A DNA stretch of 64,000 nucleotides. Origin: Patescibacteria group bacterium. GTDB taxonomy: Bacteria > Patescibacteriota > Microgenomatia > UBA1400 > PJMF01. The stretch lies in assembly GCA_016861085.1 (NCBI GenBank), contig BOKR01000001.1:451271-515270 (forward strand), read 5' to 3'. How positions within the stretch are numbered: position 1 is the stretch's first letter; each line of letters begins with the position of its first letter. Shown in pieces: positions 63,464-64,000 of this stretch. The position numbers were made by a program, and so were the translations under genes. Below the pieces are notes generated by a model. The model saw only the letters and a list, made by a program, of their open reading frames with translations. It did no database searches and was not told the DNA's origin.

Positions 63464-64000
63464 ATGCAAAAGCAACAATTCATCCCTTTTTGTAGAGTTG
63501 AGTTAACCCAAGCAGAAATAACTGCTGTGACTGAGTGTTTAAGGTCTGGTTGGTTAACTATGGGAAATCAGGTTCAAAAATTTGAGCAACAGTTTGCTGA
63601 GTATGTTGGAGTCAAGTATGCCATCAGTGTTAATTCTTGTACAGCAGCTCTAGATCTTGCTTTATTAGCTCACAATATTGGTAAGGGTGATGAGGTTTTA
63701 GTTCCTTCTTTCACGTTTGTTGCTACTGCAAACGTGGTGATTCATGCAGGAGCAAAACCAGTTTTTGTTGACATTGACAAAAACACGTTAAATATCGATC
63801 TTGAAGATATAGTCAAAAAAATAACAAAAAAAACAAAGGCAATCATTGTAGTTCACTATGCCGGATTACCGGTTGAGCTCACAAAAATTAAAAAGATTGC
63901 TAAAGAACATAATTTAATTATTATTGAAGACGCTGCTCATGCTGTTGGAAGTAAATATAAAGGCAAATACGTTGGTGCACACGGAAATACAACATGTTTT
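63464..64000 (+). CDS. DegT/DnrJ/EryC1/StrS sugar aminotransferase, runs off the window edge (3' end missing)
   Basis: Manual translation from ATG 63464: MQKQQFIPF...SGWLTMG...VNSCTAALDL..GDEVLVPSFTFVATAN...VHYAG...IIEDAAHAVG. Confidence 0.92.
   Translation, partial: MQKQQFIPFCRVELTQAEITAVTECLRSGWLTMGNQVQKFEQQFAEYVGVKYAISVNSCTAALDLALLAHNIGKGDEVLVPSFTFVATANVVIHAGAKPVFVDIDKNTLNIDLEDIVKKITKKTKAIIVVHYAGLPVELTKIKKIAKEHNLIIIEDAAHAVGSKYKGKYVGAHGNTTCF

Noticed and set aside
1-64000. Alternative genetic code (UGA = Gly, as in Gracilibacteria/Absconditabacteria)
   Set aside because: Conserved genes are full length under code 11, and several end in TGA within ATGA overlaps.

Overview
Gene-dense, AT-rich bacterial chromosome segment using the standard genetic code. 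Gene content (eukaryote-like alpha2 GlyRS, short RecO, DUF4012 protein, many GT-C glycosyltransferases, giant FN3 surface protein) suggests a Patescibacteria/CPR genome, probably Microgenomates-like; this is an inference. Layout: (1) 1-5.9 kb: housekeeping genes rsmH/mraZ, ilvE, galU-like and glyQS. glyQS is preceded by a T-box riboswitch with a canonical antiterminator/terminator but an unusually small, non-canonical 5' domain carrying a GGA (Gly) codon in a hairpin loop. (2) 5.9-16.7 kb: a tightly coupled four-gene operon encoding a 2374-aa surface protein (24 Kelch-like blades plus Ig/FN3 domains), a small TM-FN3 protein, an ABC ATPase and a MacB/FtsX-type permease with a duplicated SH3-like, Cys-pair insert. 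(3) 17.9-64 kb: a ~46-kb surface-glycan supercluster with GT2/GT4/GT-C enzymes, two O-antigen-ligase-like proteins (one a three-domain fusion), Wzm/Wzt, Wzx and an acetamidino-nonulosonate-type module. ruvCAB is embedded in it, and one GT-C gene is split by a frameshift at an A7 run. Many transcription units have a -10 hexamer only 6-8 nt before the start codon, suggesting widespread leaderless mRNAs. I saw no rRNA, tRNA, CRISPR array or mobile element. All calls come from reading the sequence by eye; no database searches were run.
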